Positions 11,126 through 21,492 of a DNA stretch of 64,000 bases are shown here, in pieces. Position numbers and translations under genes: made by a program. The notes beneath the pieces were generated by a model. That model was not told the DNA's origin. It did not search any database and worked only from the letters and a program-made list of their open reading frames with translations. Where the stretch lies: the NCBI GenBank assembly GCA_963737065.1, contig CAVTRC010000001.1, forward strand, positions 1,568,001 to 1,632,000, written 5' to 3'. Position 1 is the stretch's first letter. The number at the start of each line of letters is the position of its first letter. This stretch comes from Candidatus Eremiobacteria bacterium. GTDB lineage: Bacteria > Vulcanimicrobiota > Vulcanimicrobiia > Vulcanimicrobiales > Vulcanimicrobiaceae.

Positions 11126-13059
11126 TTGCTCGCACTGACGCTGGCCGCCCTCTTCTCGATCGATGCGATGAATCGCACGATCGACGTCTCGGGGGCGGCC
11201 ATTTCGCGTGACGGCAAGTACATCGCCTACCTCGCCTCGCACAATGAACTTGACCGTAACCTCGAGGTTGATGTGTTACACGTTGTCGAGGTTGCAACGC
11301 GCAGCGATAAGGCGCTGCTGTTCCATCACGATTCCTATTCCAATCTCACGTGGTCGCGCGACGATCGCCTTGCGTATATCGCGGACGACAAAACCTCGAG
11401 CGTCTCGCAAGTCTATGTAACCGATCCAGCCGGCTCGCACGAAACCGAGCTGACCAGCGGCACGACCGATGTCGCGGGTGCGGCGTGGTCGCCCGATGGC
11501 CGGCGAATTGCGTTCGTGCGCGCCGATGCCGTGCGGAAGAAAACCGGCGCGGCGATCTACGAAGACGCATTCGAAGTCGGCGACAATGCGTACCTAGCAA
11601 CGAAAGCTGCGCCGCGGTCGCGTCTGTGGACGGTGACGACGAGCGGAACGGAAAAACAGTTGACGTCCGGAACGTCCAGCGTGCGCGATGACGCGCCGCC
11701 GTCGTGGTCTCCCGACGGACGCTTCATCGTATACGCGCGCGCGCCGAACGGCATCTATGCCGACTACGATCTCTCGTACATCGAGCGCGTCGACGTTGCA
11801 ACGGAAAAGGCGAGCCGCTTAACGGCGTCGCGCGATGTGGATCAGGGCGCGCCGCTATACGACCCGTCCGGGCGCTACGTTGTGTATCAGTATCCGCAGA
11901 ACGGTGTGATCCCGGCGCAGTTCGATGCGATGCTCGTTTCGTCATCGGGTGGTACCGCGCGCAACCTCGCCGCTGCGCTCGATCGAAACGTCGAAGATTT
12001 CGCGTGGTTCAACTCAGCGACGTTACTCTTGCGGACATACGATCGCACGCGCGCTCGACTCGTGCTCCAATCACTCAACGGTGCGAGGCGCGATGTGCGG
12101 CTCGGCGACATTGCCGACGCGTCGATTACGCCGCAAGCCGCATCGCGTTCCGGCGCGATCGCCTTCACCGGTACGACGCCGACGCATCCGAGCGAGCTGT
12201 ACTATCTCGCGCCGAATGCAGCCGCTGCCGATCCGCTTGTCGCACTGGAACGACGACATCGCGCGCTTGACGCTCGCAAGGCAAACGCAACTGACGTATC
12301 GGAACGGCGGCTTCACGCAGTACGCGGTCCTCACGTATCCGCCGAACTACGACCCGCATCGCCGCTACCCGTTAGTGTTACGCGTGCATGGCGGTCCGCA
12401 GCTGACGTCGCTCGTCGCATTCGAACCGTGGTATCAGCTTGCTGCGGCGCGCGGGTACATCGTGCTCGCGCCGAACTATCGTGGATCGAGCGACGCCGGC
12501 AACGCGTTTGAGCGCTCGATCATCGACGACGCGAGCGCTGGCCCGGGAACCGACATCATGGCAGCGATCGATGCCGTGAAGCGGATGAATATTATCGATC
12601 CGAATCGCATCGGCATCTCGGGATGGTCGTACGGCGGGCAGATGACAACGTGGATGATCGGCCACTACGACATCTTCAAAGTCGCCGTCGCCGGCGCTCC
12701 CGTCACCGATCTCGCCGTCGACTACGCGATCGCCGACGACATCCTAGACGATCGCGCCTACTTCGGCTTCTCACCAAACGATTCGGGAAAACTCGCGGTC
12801 TACCGCGCGCAATCGCCGATCACCTACGCGGCGCACATCCATACGCCGACGCTGCTGATGTCAAATGTCTACGACGTGCGCGTTCCCGCGGTTGAAAATT
12901 ACGAACTGTTTCACGCGCTTGCGCGACCGCGGCGTCCCGGTCAGGTTCTACGTCTATCCGACGACCGGCCATTTGCCAAAAGGGCCCGTCCGATACGCCG
13001 ACGCCTACAAACGCTGGCTGGACTGGTTCGACGCGTATCTCCACCCAACGCCACCGTAG
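11126..13059 (+). CDS. S9 family (prolyl oligopeptidase/acylaminoacyl) peptidase; +1 frameshifts near 12225 and 12920
   Basis: WD40/TolB-like WSPDG repeats, HGGP, NYRGS, GWSYGG nucleophile, DVRV and GH triad residues across three frames. Start codon uncertain. Confidence 0.85.
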
Positions 13060-13067
13060 CGCGCGGG

Positions 13068-13283
13068 TTATACGATGTCGTCGGCGTCGGCGTGATGCTC
13101 GTCCGCTTGATCTTCGTTTTCGAATCCCTCATCGACATCGCCGTAAACGACTTGATCGCTGATTTTCTCGCCTCGCGTGTGTGTTTCGGTTTGGCGGCCC
13201 ATTGATTCGGCTTCCTGCGGGCTCAGCGGAGGAATGTCGTCCGCTTCCGTATGCAGTTCGCGCGGGTCCTGTCCAGTACTCAT
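13068..13283 (-). CDS. Small acidic hypothetical protein (71 aa)
   Basis: ATG 13283 overlaps the glcF TGA (ATGA); MSTGQDPRELHTEADD...DADDIV. Confidence 0.55.
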   Translation of the reverse strand: MSTGQDPRELHTEADDIPPLSPQEAESMGRQTETHTRGEKISDQVVYGDVDEGFENEDQADEHHADADDIV

Positions 13284-14506
13284 TCTTGCAGTATACCCGC
13301 CGAAACGGCTTCGTCCAAAATCTCTACCGGATGAAGGATCTTCAGTTCGATGCCGCGCTCGCGCGCAAGCGATTGCATCTGCAGCGTGCAACCGGGGTTC
13401 GCGCTGGCCACGGTCGTTGCGCCGGTTGACAGGACGTTGTCGACTTTGCGCAGGCCGATCTCGCGCGCGCTCTCGGGTTCGAAAAGATTGTACGTTCCGG
13501 CGCTGCCGCAACATTGATCGCCGTGCGGTATCTCGACGAGTTCGATTCCGGGGATCGTGCACAGGAGTTCGCGCGGTTCGCGGCGGATGCGCTGAGCGTG
13601 CGCGAGATGGCAGGGGTCGTGATACGCGATCCGTTCGTTGCGCGGCGCGCGTACGGCGCGCGGTTCAAGCGACGCCAGAAATTCGTTGACGTCCCGTACG
13701 GTTGCGCTAAACGCGGAGGCACGTCGCGACCACGCCGGATCGTCTGCTAGTAGTTCTCGGTAATCTTTGAGTGCGGACCCGCATCCCGCGGCATTCACGA
13801 CGACGGCGTCGAGTTGCAGCGTCTCAAACTCCGCAATCGTCTTCCGCGCGAATGCGCGTGCTTCATCGAGCCGTCCACTGTGCAGGGAGAGCGCGCCGCA
13901 GCAGCCGGCTCCCGGTGGAATGAACACCTCACAGCCTTCGGCGCTCAGGACGCGAATCGTTGCGGCGTTTACTTCGGGAAAGCAAACGCGCTGCACGCAG
14001 CCGGCTACGAGCCCGACACGAGCGCGTTTCTCGCCCCGTGCGCGATACACGGCCGCGAGCGGTTGCGACGCCGCGCGAATGTCGATCGGGCGCAAAAGCG
14101 ATCCGCCCGGCACCATGCGCCGCAGCGGGGTGCGCGCAACGACGTTGAGCAGCGGCGCGAGCGCGCGCATCCGCTTCGGATACGGAAACAGTGCGAAAAT
14201 CATCGAGCGGAAGAGCCGCTGCCAGAGCGGACGCCGGTACTGATTCTCGATCATTCCGCGTGTGGTTTCGATCAATCGATCGTATTCGACACCCGACGGG
14301 CAGGCCGTCATGCATGCCATGCATCCGAGGCAGCGATCGAAATGCGGAACGACCTGCGCGTCGAGCGCGAGCGTTCCCTCGACGACGCCGCGCATCAGAT
14401 CGATCCGACCGCGCGGCGAGTCCGCTTCGTTCTTCCACGATTGATACGTCGGGCACGCTTGCAAGCAAAAGCCGCAGTGCACGCATTCGGAAATGAGATC
14501 GATCAC
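13280..14506 (-). CDS. glcF: Glycolate oxidase iron-sulfur subunit
   Basis: Two 4Fe-4S motifs (CVHCGFCLQACP, CLGCMACMTACP) and CCG domains (CCGAL, YHDPCHL, CCGSAG, ANPGC). Confidence 0.92.
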   Translation of the reverse strand: MIDLISECVHCGFCLQACPTYQSWKNEADSPRGRIDLMRGVVEGTLALDAQVVPHFDRCLGCMACMTACPSGVEYDRLIETTRGMIENQYRRPLWQRLFRSMIFALFPYPKRMRALAPLLNVVARTPLRRMVPGGSLLRPIDIRAASQPLAAVYRARGEKRARVGLVAGCVQRVCFPEVNAATIRVLSAEGCEVFIPPGAGCCGALSLHSGRLDEARAFARKTIAEFETLQLDAVVVNAAGCGSALKDYRELLADDPAWSRRASAFSATVRDVNEFLASLEPRAVRAPRNERIAYHDPCHLAHAQRIRREPRELLCTIPGIELVEIPHGDQCCGSAGTYNLFEPESAREIGLRKVDNVLSTGATTVASANPGCTLQMQSLARERGIELKILHPVEILDEAVSAGILQE

Positions 14507-15634
14507 CTAGAGTCCTCCGACAAACGCGCCGGGATGCAGACGGCGATTAGGATCGAAGCGTTGCTTTAGCTCGCGCATTAACGCAAAAGCCGCCGGGGGC
14601 GTTCCCCACGGATCTATGGCGTCGCGCATGTTTGCCGGCGCGGCGGTTAGTACGAGCGTTCCGCCCATGCGCTCGACCACCGCGCGCGCGGCGTGTATCG
14701 TCGCGATAACGCGCGGCGCGTCGTCAACATCGCCGCCGATGAAGAACGTCCCGGCGGACGGATATGCAAGTACCTGCGGCCCCTTCACGAGCGCTTCATA
14801 GAGCGGAACGATGACGCGTGCGTGAATCGTCTCGAAGTGCGACGGTAACGCGGAAATCTTCAACCGCAGCGTGCCTTCGGTGCGTGCCGTTTCTTGAATC
14901 GCATCGACTTCGATGCGCGTGGCGCCGCCGAGCTTCTCGGCTTGCCGCGCGACGCTCTCCGGAAAGCCTTCGAAGCGAATGCAATGCTCGTAAAACTGGC
15001 CGTCATACGTCGCGAACGATGCGGCGGGTTCCAGTTGCAGGTCGACGTTGTTTTTCGTCAATGCGCGCACTTCCGCGGCCGAACAGCCGTCGAACATGAC
15101 GTTGCGCTCTGCTTGGTGCAACGGATGCAACCGCAACGTCACGGACGCGATCGCCGCGAGCGTCCCGTGCGTGCCGATCATGAGCTTCGGCACGTCGAAC
15201 CCTGCGACGTTTTTCACGACCTTTCCGCCGCCGCGCGCGACGACGCCGTCCGCGCGAACGATCGTCATGCCGATCACGAGATCCTTCGCGGTACCGAACC
15301 GCGTGCGCAACGCCCCGTAGAGATTTGCGGCGAGCGCACCACCGACCGTCGTGCGCTCGGGGTCGGGAGGATCGAGTGCAAGTCGTTGACTGCGTTCGCG
15401 CAGCGTCGACTGGAGTTGCGCGACCGTCGTGCCGGAGCGCACCTCGACCACTTGGTCGGCCGGCGCATATTCAACGATGCCGTTCAAGTGCGAAAGCGAA
15501 AGCAACTCGTCGACGGGCTTCGCATACGGTGCATCGAGCGGGACCGCTGCGCCCGTGAACGCGAGCGTCCGGCGTTCGCGCGCGAGTGCCGACATCAGAC
15601 GAGACAATTCGTCGATCGATGATGGCGCGTGCAT
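14507..15634 (-). CDS. glcE: Glycolate oxidase FAD-binding subunit
   Basis: TVGG, GGKVVKNVAGFDV, GTHGTL, LKQRFDP. ATG 15634 overlaps the glcD stop. Confidence 0.9.
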   Translation of the reverse strand: MHAPSSIDELSRLMSALARERRTLAFTGAAVPLDAPYAKPVDELLSLSHLNGIVEYAPADQVVEVRSGTTVAQLQSTLRERSQRLALDPPDPERTTVGGALAANLYGALRTRFGTAKDLVIGMTIVRADGVVARGGGKVVKNVAGFDVPKLMIGTHGTLAAIASVTLRLHPLHQAERNVMFDGCSAAEVRALTKNNVDLQLEPAASFATYDGQFYEHCIRFEGFPESVARQAEKLGGATRIEVDAIQETARTEGTLRLKISALPSHFETIHARVIVPLYEALVKGPQVLAYPSAGTFFIGGDVDDAPRVIATIHAARAVVERMGGTLVLTAAPANMRDAIDPWGTPPAAFALMRELKQRFDPNRRLHPGAFVGGL

Positions 15635-17022
15635 TAACGCGCACCGGCGCGATCGCCGCAAAGCCGCGGCGACGGAAACACCTTGGTCGGGTTGAACGTG
15701 CGCGTAGAGTCGAACGCGCACCGCACGAGATGCATCGTGTCGAGGTCCGGTTCGCCGAACATTTCGCCCATATACGCGGACTTATCCGCGCCCACGCCGT
15801 GTTCGCCGGTAATCGATCCGCCGTGACGCAAACAGATCCGCAAAATTTCGGCAGCGACGTGTTCCGCACGCTGCGCTTCATCGCCCGCGCCGGCATTGTA
15901 GAGCACGAGGGGATGCAGATTCCCGTCACCCGCGTGAAAGACGTTCGCGACACGGAAACCGGACGAACGCGAGAGCTGCGCGATCTCGCGCAGCACGCTC
16001 GCGATGTCCGAGCGCGGAATCACACCGTCTTGCACGTAGTAGTTTCGGCTGATCCGCCCCATCGCCGCAAACGCGCCTTTGCGTCCGGTCCACATCAACT
16101 GGCGTTCGCGCTCGTCGTGCGGGCGGCGGATCTCGATCGCGCCGCAACGTTGCAGAATCGCGCTTGCGGACTCCGCACACTCTGCAACTTCTTCGCTCGT
16201 GCCGTCGACATCCATCAACAGCGCAGCCCCCACGTCGAGCGGCCAGTCCACCCGCGTCGCAGCGACGATCGCTTCGATGGCAAGTTTATCCATCATCTCG
16301 ATCGCCGCCGGAACGATGCCGGCTGCGATGATGTGCGAGACGGCTTCGCCGGCTTCGTCGGTCGACGGAAACGTAGCAAAGATCGTGCGCGTTGCTTGCG
16401 GGATGCGCAGAAATCGAACCGTAACCTCGGTGACGATGCCGAGCAAACCTTCGCTGCCGACGACCGCGCTGATCAGATCGTAACCGAGCGGATCGGGCGA
16501 ATCGGCCCCGATCGACACGATCTCTCCACCGGCGAGGACGATCGTAAGCGCAAGGACGTGATTGATCGTGAAGCCATACTTCAAACAATGCGCGCCGCCC
16601 GAGTTTTCCGCAACGTTGCCGCCGATAGAACAGACGCTCTGCGAACTGGGATCGGGCGCATAATAGTAGCCGTACGGCGCGAGATAGCGGCTGATATCGA
16701 GGTTAATGACGCCGGGCTGCACCCGCATCCGGTGGTTCTCGAAATCGACCTCGAGAATTGACTGCATTCGTGACGTCCCGATCACGACGGCGCCTTCGAT
16801 TGGCAGCGCGCCGCCCGACAGCCCCGTGCCGGAACCGCGCGGTACGATTGCCATATTGAGCTCTCGGGCGCGCTTCACGCAGGCAGCCACTTCTTCCGTC
16901 GTCGCCGGAAGCACGACCGCGGCGGGGCGGACGCGCGTGCCGGTGAGCGCGTCGCATTCATACACGCGCAACGCCGCATCATCGGTCATGCAGTTGTCGC
17001 GGCCCACGATGTCGGCAAACAC
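15634..17022 (-). CDS. glcD: Glycolate oxidase FAD-linked subunit
   Basis: PRGSGTGLSGGA, YAPDPSS, ENSGGAHCLKYG, HAGDGNLHP, GEHGVG. Start codon uncertain. Confidence 0.92.
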   Translation of the reverse strand: MFADIVGRDNCMTDDAALRVYECDALTGTRVRPAAVVLPATTEEVAACVKRARELNMAIVPRGSGTGLSGGALPIEGAVVIGTSRMQSILEVDFENHRMRVQPGVINLDISRYLAPYGYYYAPDPSSQSVCSIGGNVAENSGGAHCLKYGFTINHVLALTIVLAGGEIVSIGADSPDPLGYDLISAVVGSEGLLGIVTEVTVRFLRIPQATRTIFATFPSTDEAGEAVSHIIAAGIVPAAIEMMDKLAIEAIVAATRVDWPLDVGAALLMDVDGTSEEVAECAESASAILQRCGAIEIRRPHDERERQLMWTGRKGAFAAMGRISRNYYVQDGVIPRSDIASVLREIAQLSRSSGFRVANVFHAGDGNLHPLVLYNAGAGDEAQRAEHVAAEILRICLRHGGSITGEHGVGADKSAYMGEMFGEPDLDTMHLVRCAFDSTRTFNPTKVFPSPRLCGDRAGAR

Positions 17023-17092
17023 GCTGCAACGTTCGCGTTCTACGCGGGATTTCCACGCGGCGAGGAGTAGCTTGCCGTATCGGAGGGCTACC

Positions 17093-18721
17093 GTGTTTCA
17101 ACAGGTACTCAACCCGGTGGGCAACCTCTTCGTCACCTGGATGGTGGCTTTGATTCCCGTCGTGCTGTTGCTGTTGCTCTTGGCCGGTTTGCGATTGTCG
17201 GCCTGGACGGCAACGCTCGCCGGTTCGCTCGTCACGCTGCTGATCGCGCTCCTCGTCTGGCATATGCCGCTGCGTGACGGCATCGCGTCCTATTTCTACG
17301 GTTCGCTGACCGGTGTATGGAACGTCGACTGGATCACGTTCTGGGGCGTCGTGTTGTTCAATACGCTCGTCGTGACCGGCGTGTTCGAAAACTTCCGGCG
17401 CTGGATTTCCTCGCACGGGACGCGTGACGTGCGCGTGCAAACGATTCTCTTCGCGTGGGCTCTGGGCGCATTGCTCGAGGGGCTCGTGGGGTTCGGCTAT
17501 CCGTGGGCGGTCGTAGCGCCGATTTTGATCGCGCTCAACATTCCTGATCTCGACGCAATTCGCGTCGCGGCGATCGCAAACAATGCACCGGTTTCCTACG
17601 GCGCGCTCGGAGCGCCGATCATCGCGCTCGCTGCGGTCACCGGGCTTCCGCTGCTCGCACTCTCCAGCTCGGTCGGACACGTCGTCGCGATTCTGGCAAT
17701 TCTGCCGCCGTGGATTCTTATCTATCTCGTAAGCGGATCGCGCGGCTTCCGCGAAGGATGGCCGCTCGCGATCGTCGGTTCGCTCGGATATATTCTCGGA
17801 CAGTATCCGGTTGCGGTGTATCTCGGCCCGTATCTCCCGGACGTTTCCGGCGCGATCGTTTGCATCGCATTGTTGCTGCTCTTGCTGCGATTCTGGCGTC
17901 CCAAAACCGTGCTCGGATACGGCGGAACGCCGGTGCCCGATGCCGCGCGCGACGACCTCGCAGCGCACGGGTTGACGACCGCGCAAATTTGGTGGGCATG
18001 GATGCCCTTCATCGTGCTGGTGATCGTCGTCGTCGCGTGGACCGGGCCGTGGTCGCCGCTTCCGAAGATCGCACCGTTGAAAGCGAGCGTTAATGCGCTT
18101 TCATCGATTAGCGCTGGAAAATCCGTGTCCGCGACGTTCTCGTGGACGCCCTTCGTCGGCGGAAGCGCGATTCTCGCATCGTGGATCATCATTGCACTGC
18201 TGCTGCGCACGACGGGCGAACAACTCGTCGAGGTCTTTCGCCGCACGTGGCATCAAATGTGGGGCGCTCTGCTCGTCGGCGTTTTCATCTTCGGACTTGC
18301 GTACGTGTACAACTATTCGGGCATGGCCGCGTCGCTCGCGTTCGCAAGCTCAAAGATCGGCGGGTGGTTCATCATCATCGCGCCGATTCTCGGTTGGATC
18401 GGCGTCGCACTCTCAGGCAGCAACACGTCGACGAACGCAATGTTCGGATCGTTCCAAAACATCGTCGGCAAATTGCTCGGCTTTCCGACGCTGCTCTTAC
18501 CGACGCTCAATTCCGTCGGCGCGGAAATCGGCAAACCGGTCGCGCCGCAAACCGCGAGCGTCGGCGTGTCGACGACGCGCTTCGTCCGTAAGGAAGGCAC
18601 GGTCATTCGCCACAACATGGGATGGACGCTGATCCTGCTCGTGTATCTCATCGTCATCGGCGTTTGCTGTTATTTCTTCTTCCCCGGCATCATGAACGCG
18701 CCCGTCGTCGCATCGTCGTGA
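17093..18721 (+). CDS. lctP: L-lactate/glycolate permease (LctP/GlcA family)
   Basis: Polytopic membrane protein with LLEGLVGFG, ANNAPVSYGALG, GSNTSTNAMFG. GGAGG RBS before GTG 17093. Confidence 0.88.
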   Translation: MFQQVLNPVGNLFVTWMVALIPVVLLLLLLAGLRLSAWTATLAGSLVTLLIALLVWHMPLRDGIASYFYGSLTGVWNVDWITFWGVVLFNTLVVTGVFENFRRWISSHGTRDVRVQTILFAWALGALLEGLVGFGYPWAVVAPILIALNIPDLDAIRVAAIANNAPVSYGALGAPIIALAAVTGLPLLALSSSVGHVVAILAILPPWILIYLVSGSRGFREGWPLAIVGSLGYILGQYPVAVYLGPYLPDVSGAIVCIALLLLLLRFWRPKTVLGYGGTPVPDAARDDLAAHGLTTAQIWWAWMPFIVLVIVVVAWTGPWSPLPKIAPLKASVNALSSISAGKSVSATFSWTPFVGGSAILASWIIIALLLRTTGEQLVEVFRRTWHQMWGALLVGVFIFGLAYVYNYSGMAASLAFASSKIGGWFIIIAPILGWIGVALSGSNTSTNAMFGSFQNIVGKLLGFPTLLLPTLNSVGAEIGKPVAPQTASVGVSTTRFVRKEGTVIRHNMGWTLILLVYLIVIGVCCYFFFPGIMNAPVVASS

Positions 18722-18771
18722 GCGGCGGTATCCGGAATATCTCAACTGCGCCGGGCATATAGAAGAAGACC

Positions 18772-19456
18772 ATGGCCGAAACGAAGCGCCGGGTGGCGGT
18801 AATCGACGACGAGCGGCGGATACGCGAACTGCTCGAATTGACGCTGGGGCACCACGGATACGAAGTGCGGACGGCCGGCGACGGCCCGTCGGGGCTCGAC
18901 CTCGTGCGCCAGTGGGAGCCGGACGCGATCATTCTCGACGTGATGATGCCGATGATCACGCGGCATCGAGATGCTGCCGATGCTGCGCCGGGTCACCGAT
19001 GCCCCGGTGATCATGCTTTCGGCGCGCGGCGAGGTGGAAGCCAAAGTCGAGGGTTTGGCGCACGGTGCGGACGACTATTTGAGCAAGCCGTTCGAGATGT
19101 CGGAGCTGCTCGCGCATTTGGATGCGAAGCTACGCCGCCCCCACCTCGAAAACCGCAACGTGCTGAGCTACGACGACATCACGGTAAATCTCGACGAACA
19201 TACCGTGGCACGAGCGGGCAAGCGCGTGGATCTCTCGCCGCTCGAATACGATTTGCTCGTGACGCTGCTGCGCCGGCCGCGTCGCGTGTTCACGCGCGAC
19301 GAATTGCTCGACATGGTGTGGGGCGACGAGAAAGAGGTCGGGCAAAACGCGGTCGAGCGCTACATCTCCTACCTGCGCGGAAAGATCGACGACGGATTCA
19401 ACCGCCCGCTGATCCAAACCGTGCGCGGCGCGGGGTACACCATTCGTGCCGACTAG
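18772..19456 (+). CDS. OmpR/PhoB family response regulator; +1 frameshift near 18958
   Basis: IDDE...ILDVMMP in one frame; MLSA, GADDYLSKPF and TVRGAGY winged helix in the next. Confidence 0.88.
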
Positions 19457-20786
19457 CGCGCCGTTCGCGCAATTTTCACGCCGCATTACTCAGGGCTACG
19501 TCGTGCTCGCGGTGCTGCTGATCGTCCTCGTCGCCGTGTCGTCTTCGATTATCTCGTTCGTTCTCTACGCGACGAACTACAACCAATCGATGGACGCGTC
19601 GCGCACGCGGCTGCAACAGCGGATCGACTTCTATCAATCGCGGCATCAAACGCTCGAGCAGTACGGTCCGCAACTGGTGAAGGACGAAACGCCGTCGCGT
19701 TTCCGCGTGCTCGTCTTCGGACCGAATCACAAACTGATCGCCGGCAACACGCAAGAGCCGAGCAGCTTGACGCTCGCGGCAACCGCGCTGTTCAACATGC
19801 GCCCGCGCCACATTCATCTCTCCGGCGGTGTGATCGAGTTGCAGCCGGACTTCGAAGGGTTTACGCGCTACATCGGACGCTATTGGCTGACGATTACGCC
19901 GATTGGTATTCTCGCCGTCATTCTTGCGTGGCTTGTCGGCCGTGCGATTACGAGCCGCGCCGTGCGTCCGCTCGTCGATGTGACCGACGCACTGCATGGC
20001 ATCGCCGACGGTGATTTCACGCCGAAGATGTTACTCGAGTCGGATAGTGGCTTGCACGAGCTGACGCAAGCGTATAACGAAGTTGCGCAGCGGCTCAACG
20101 TCGCGGCCGTCGAACAGCGCCGCCAGCAAGCCGAGATGCGGCAGTTCATTGCGGATGCGGGACACGAGCTGCGCACGCCGCTCACGATTTTTATGGGGTA
20201 TCTGGATGCGCTGCGATCCGGCGTGGTGGAAGACTCCGCGGCGGTCGCGCGCGTCCACGAAACGATGCTCGACGAAAGCCGCAAGATGCGGACGATCATT
20301 GAGAAGCTCATTTTGCTCGCGCGCATGGAACGCGAAGCGGAGCCGGTCCGCGACCGCGTCGATCTCAATTCCGTCGCCGCGCGTGCCGTCGACGCATTGC
20401 GTCCGATCGCGGGCGACCGCATCCGCTTCAGTCACGACGGCGACGCATCGATTACCGGTGACGACGCGGAACTCTACGAGGCGCTGAAAAACGTCGTCGA
20501 AAACGCGGTACGTTATGCGGCCGACGAGCCGATCGACGTGCGCGTCGGACGTAACGACCGCGACGTCACGATCGACGTGATCGATCGCGGCCCCGGAATG
20601 CAGAATGTCGACGCGGAGCACGCATTCGACCGGTTCTACCGCGGCAGCGGTCACGGTGACGTTGAAGGTTCCGGATTGGGTCTTGCAATCGCAAAACGTG
20701 CGGTCGAACGCATGGGCGGAACGATCGCACTTGAAAGCCGGGTGAATCACGGAACCCGGGTTACGATGCGATTTCCGGCGAACTAA
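19446..20786 (+). CDS. HAMP-containing sensor histidine kinase
   Basis: Two TM segments, HAMP, H-box AGHELRTPL, ENAVRY, DRGPG, GSGLGL. Confidence 0.92.
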   Translation: MPTSAPFAQFSRRITQGYVVLAVLLIVLVAVSSSIISFVLYATNYNQSMDASRTRLQQRIDFYQSRHQTLEQYGPQLVKDETPSRFRVLVFGPNHKLIAGNTQEPSSLTLAATALFNMRPRHIHLSGGVIELQPDFEGFTRYIGRYWLTITPIGILAVILAWLVGRAITSRAVRPLVDVTDALHGIADGDFTPKMLLESDSGLHELTQAYNEVAQRLNVAAVEQRRQQAEMRQFIADAGHELRTPLTIFMGYLDALRSGVVEDSAAVARVHETMLDESRKMRTIIEKLILLARMEREAEPVRDRVDLNSVAARAVDALRPIAGDRIRFSHDGDASITGDDAELYEALKNVVENAVRYAADEPIDVRVGRNDRDVTIDVIDRGPGMQNVDAEHAFDRFYRGSGHGDVEGSGLGLAIAKRAVERMGGTIALESRVNHGTRVTMRFPAN

Positions 20787-20852
20787 CGACAGCACTTTGC
20801 TCCGAACATGGGCGCGGAGAGCACGCTTGCGTACGTGCAAGCCGCGACGACG

Positions 20853-21419
20853 TTACGGCAATTGCGCGTCGCTGAGGTTCAGACCGGTACTCTCGGCGGA
20901 CCAGAAATTCGTATTGCGTAGATCCGCGTGCTGCATGTTGCAACCGATGAGCTTCGCGCCGCTGAAATTTGCTCCGGCGAAGTGAGCGCCGCTGAAATTT
21001 GCGCCGGTCAACACCGCTCGCGAGAAACTGACGTTTCGTACGTCGCCGTCGGCAAAGTTCGCGCCCGACATGCGTGCGCCGTCGAATCTGGCACCGGTGA
21101 GGTTCGCGTCGCGAAACGACACGCCGGTTAAGTCGGCGTTACGCAGATCGGCGTTCGCCAAGTTTGCGCCGGAAAAATCAACGCACTCCAGGTGCGCGTC
21201 GCGTAAGTTCGCCGCCGAGAGGTTGCCGTTACTGAGATTGGTGCGCATCAGATCCTGACCGTGCAGGTCGCGGCCGTGCCAATCGGCGCCGCGGAGATCG
21301 CGATCGATACAATTCCATTGACCGGTTTCATACCGATCGCTTGCGATGGCAGGAATGTACGCGGCGATCGCCAGCGCGAGAGCGAGCAACGGCGGCAAAA
21401 GCGGCGCCAGACGCGACAT
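20853..21419 (-). CDS. Secreted pentapeptide-repeat protein
   Basis: Signal peptide followed by A(D/N)(L/F)xx repeats. Confidence 0.85.
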   Translation of the reverse strand: MSRLAPLLPPLLALALAIAAYIPAIASDRYETGQWNCIDRDLRGADWHGRDLHGQDLMRTNLSNGNLSAANLRDAHLECVDFSGANLANADLRNADLTGVSFRDANLTGARFDGARMSGANFADGDVRNVSFSRAVLTGANFSGAHFAGANFSGAKLIGCNMQHADLRNTNFWSAESTGLNLSDAQLP

Positions 21420-21455
21420 CGACGACTCTCTTTCATCAACTAAATATTTAAGAGC

Positions 21456-21484
21456 ATGATAACGCCGATCGGGCGGTATGTCAA
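21456..21484 (-). promoter_or_regulatory. Sigma70-type promoter of the pentapeptide-repeat gene
   Basis: Minus strand TTGACA (21484-21479), 17 nt spacer, TATCAT (21461-21456). Confidence 0.7.
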
Positions 21485-21492
21485 CTAACGAA

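Noticed and set aside
20853..21419. Qnr-type quinolone resistance protein
   Set aside because: It carries a signal peptide, which does not fit cytoplasmic gyrase protection.
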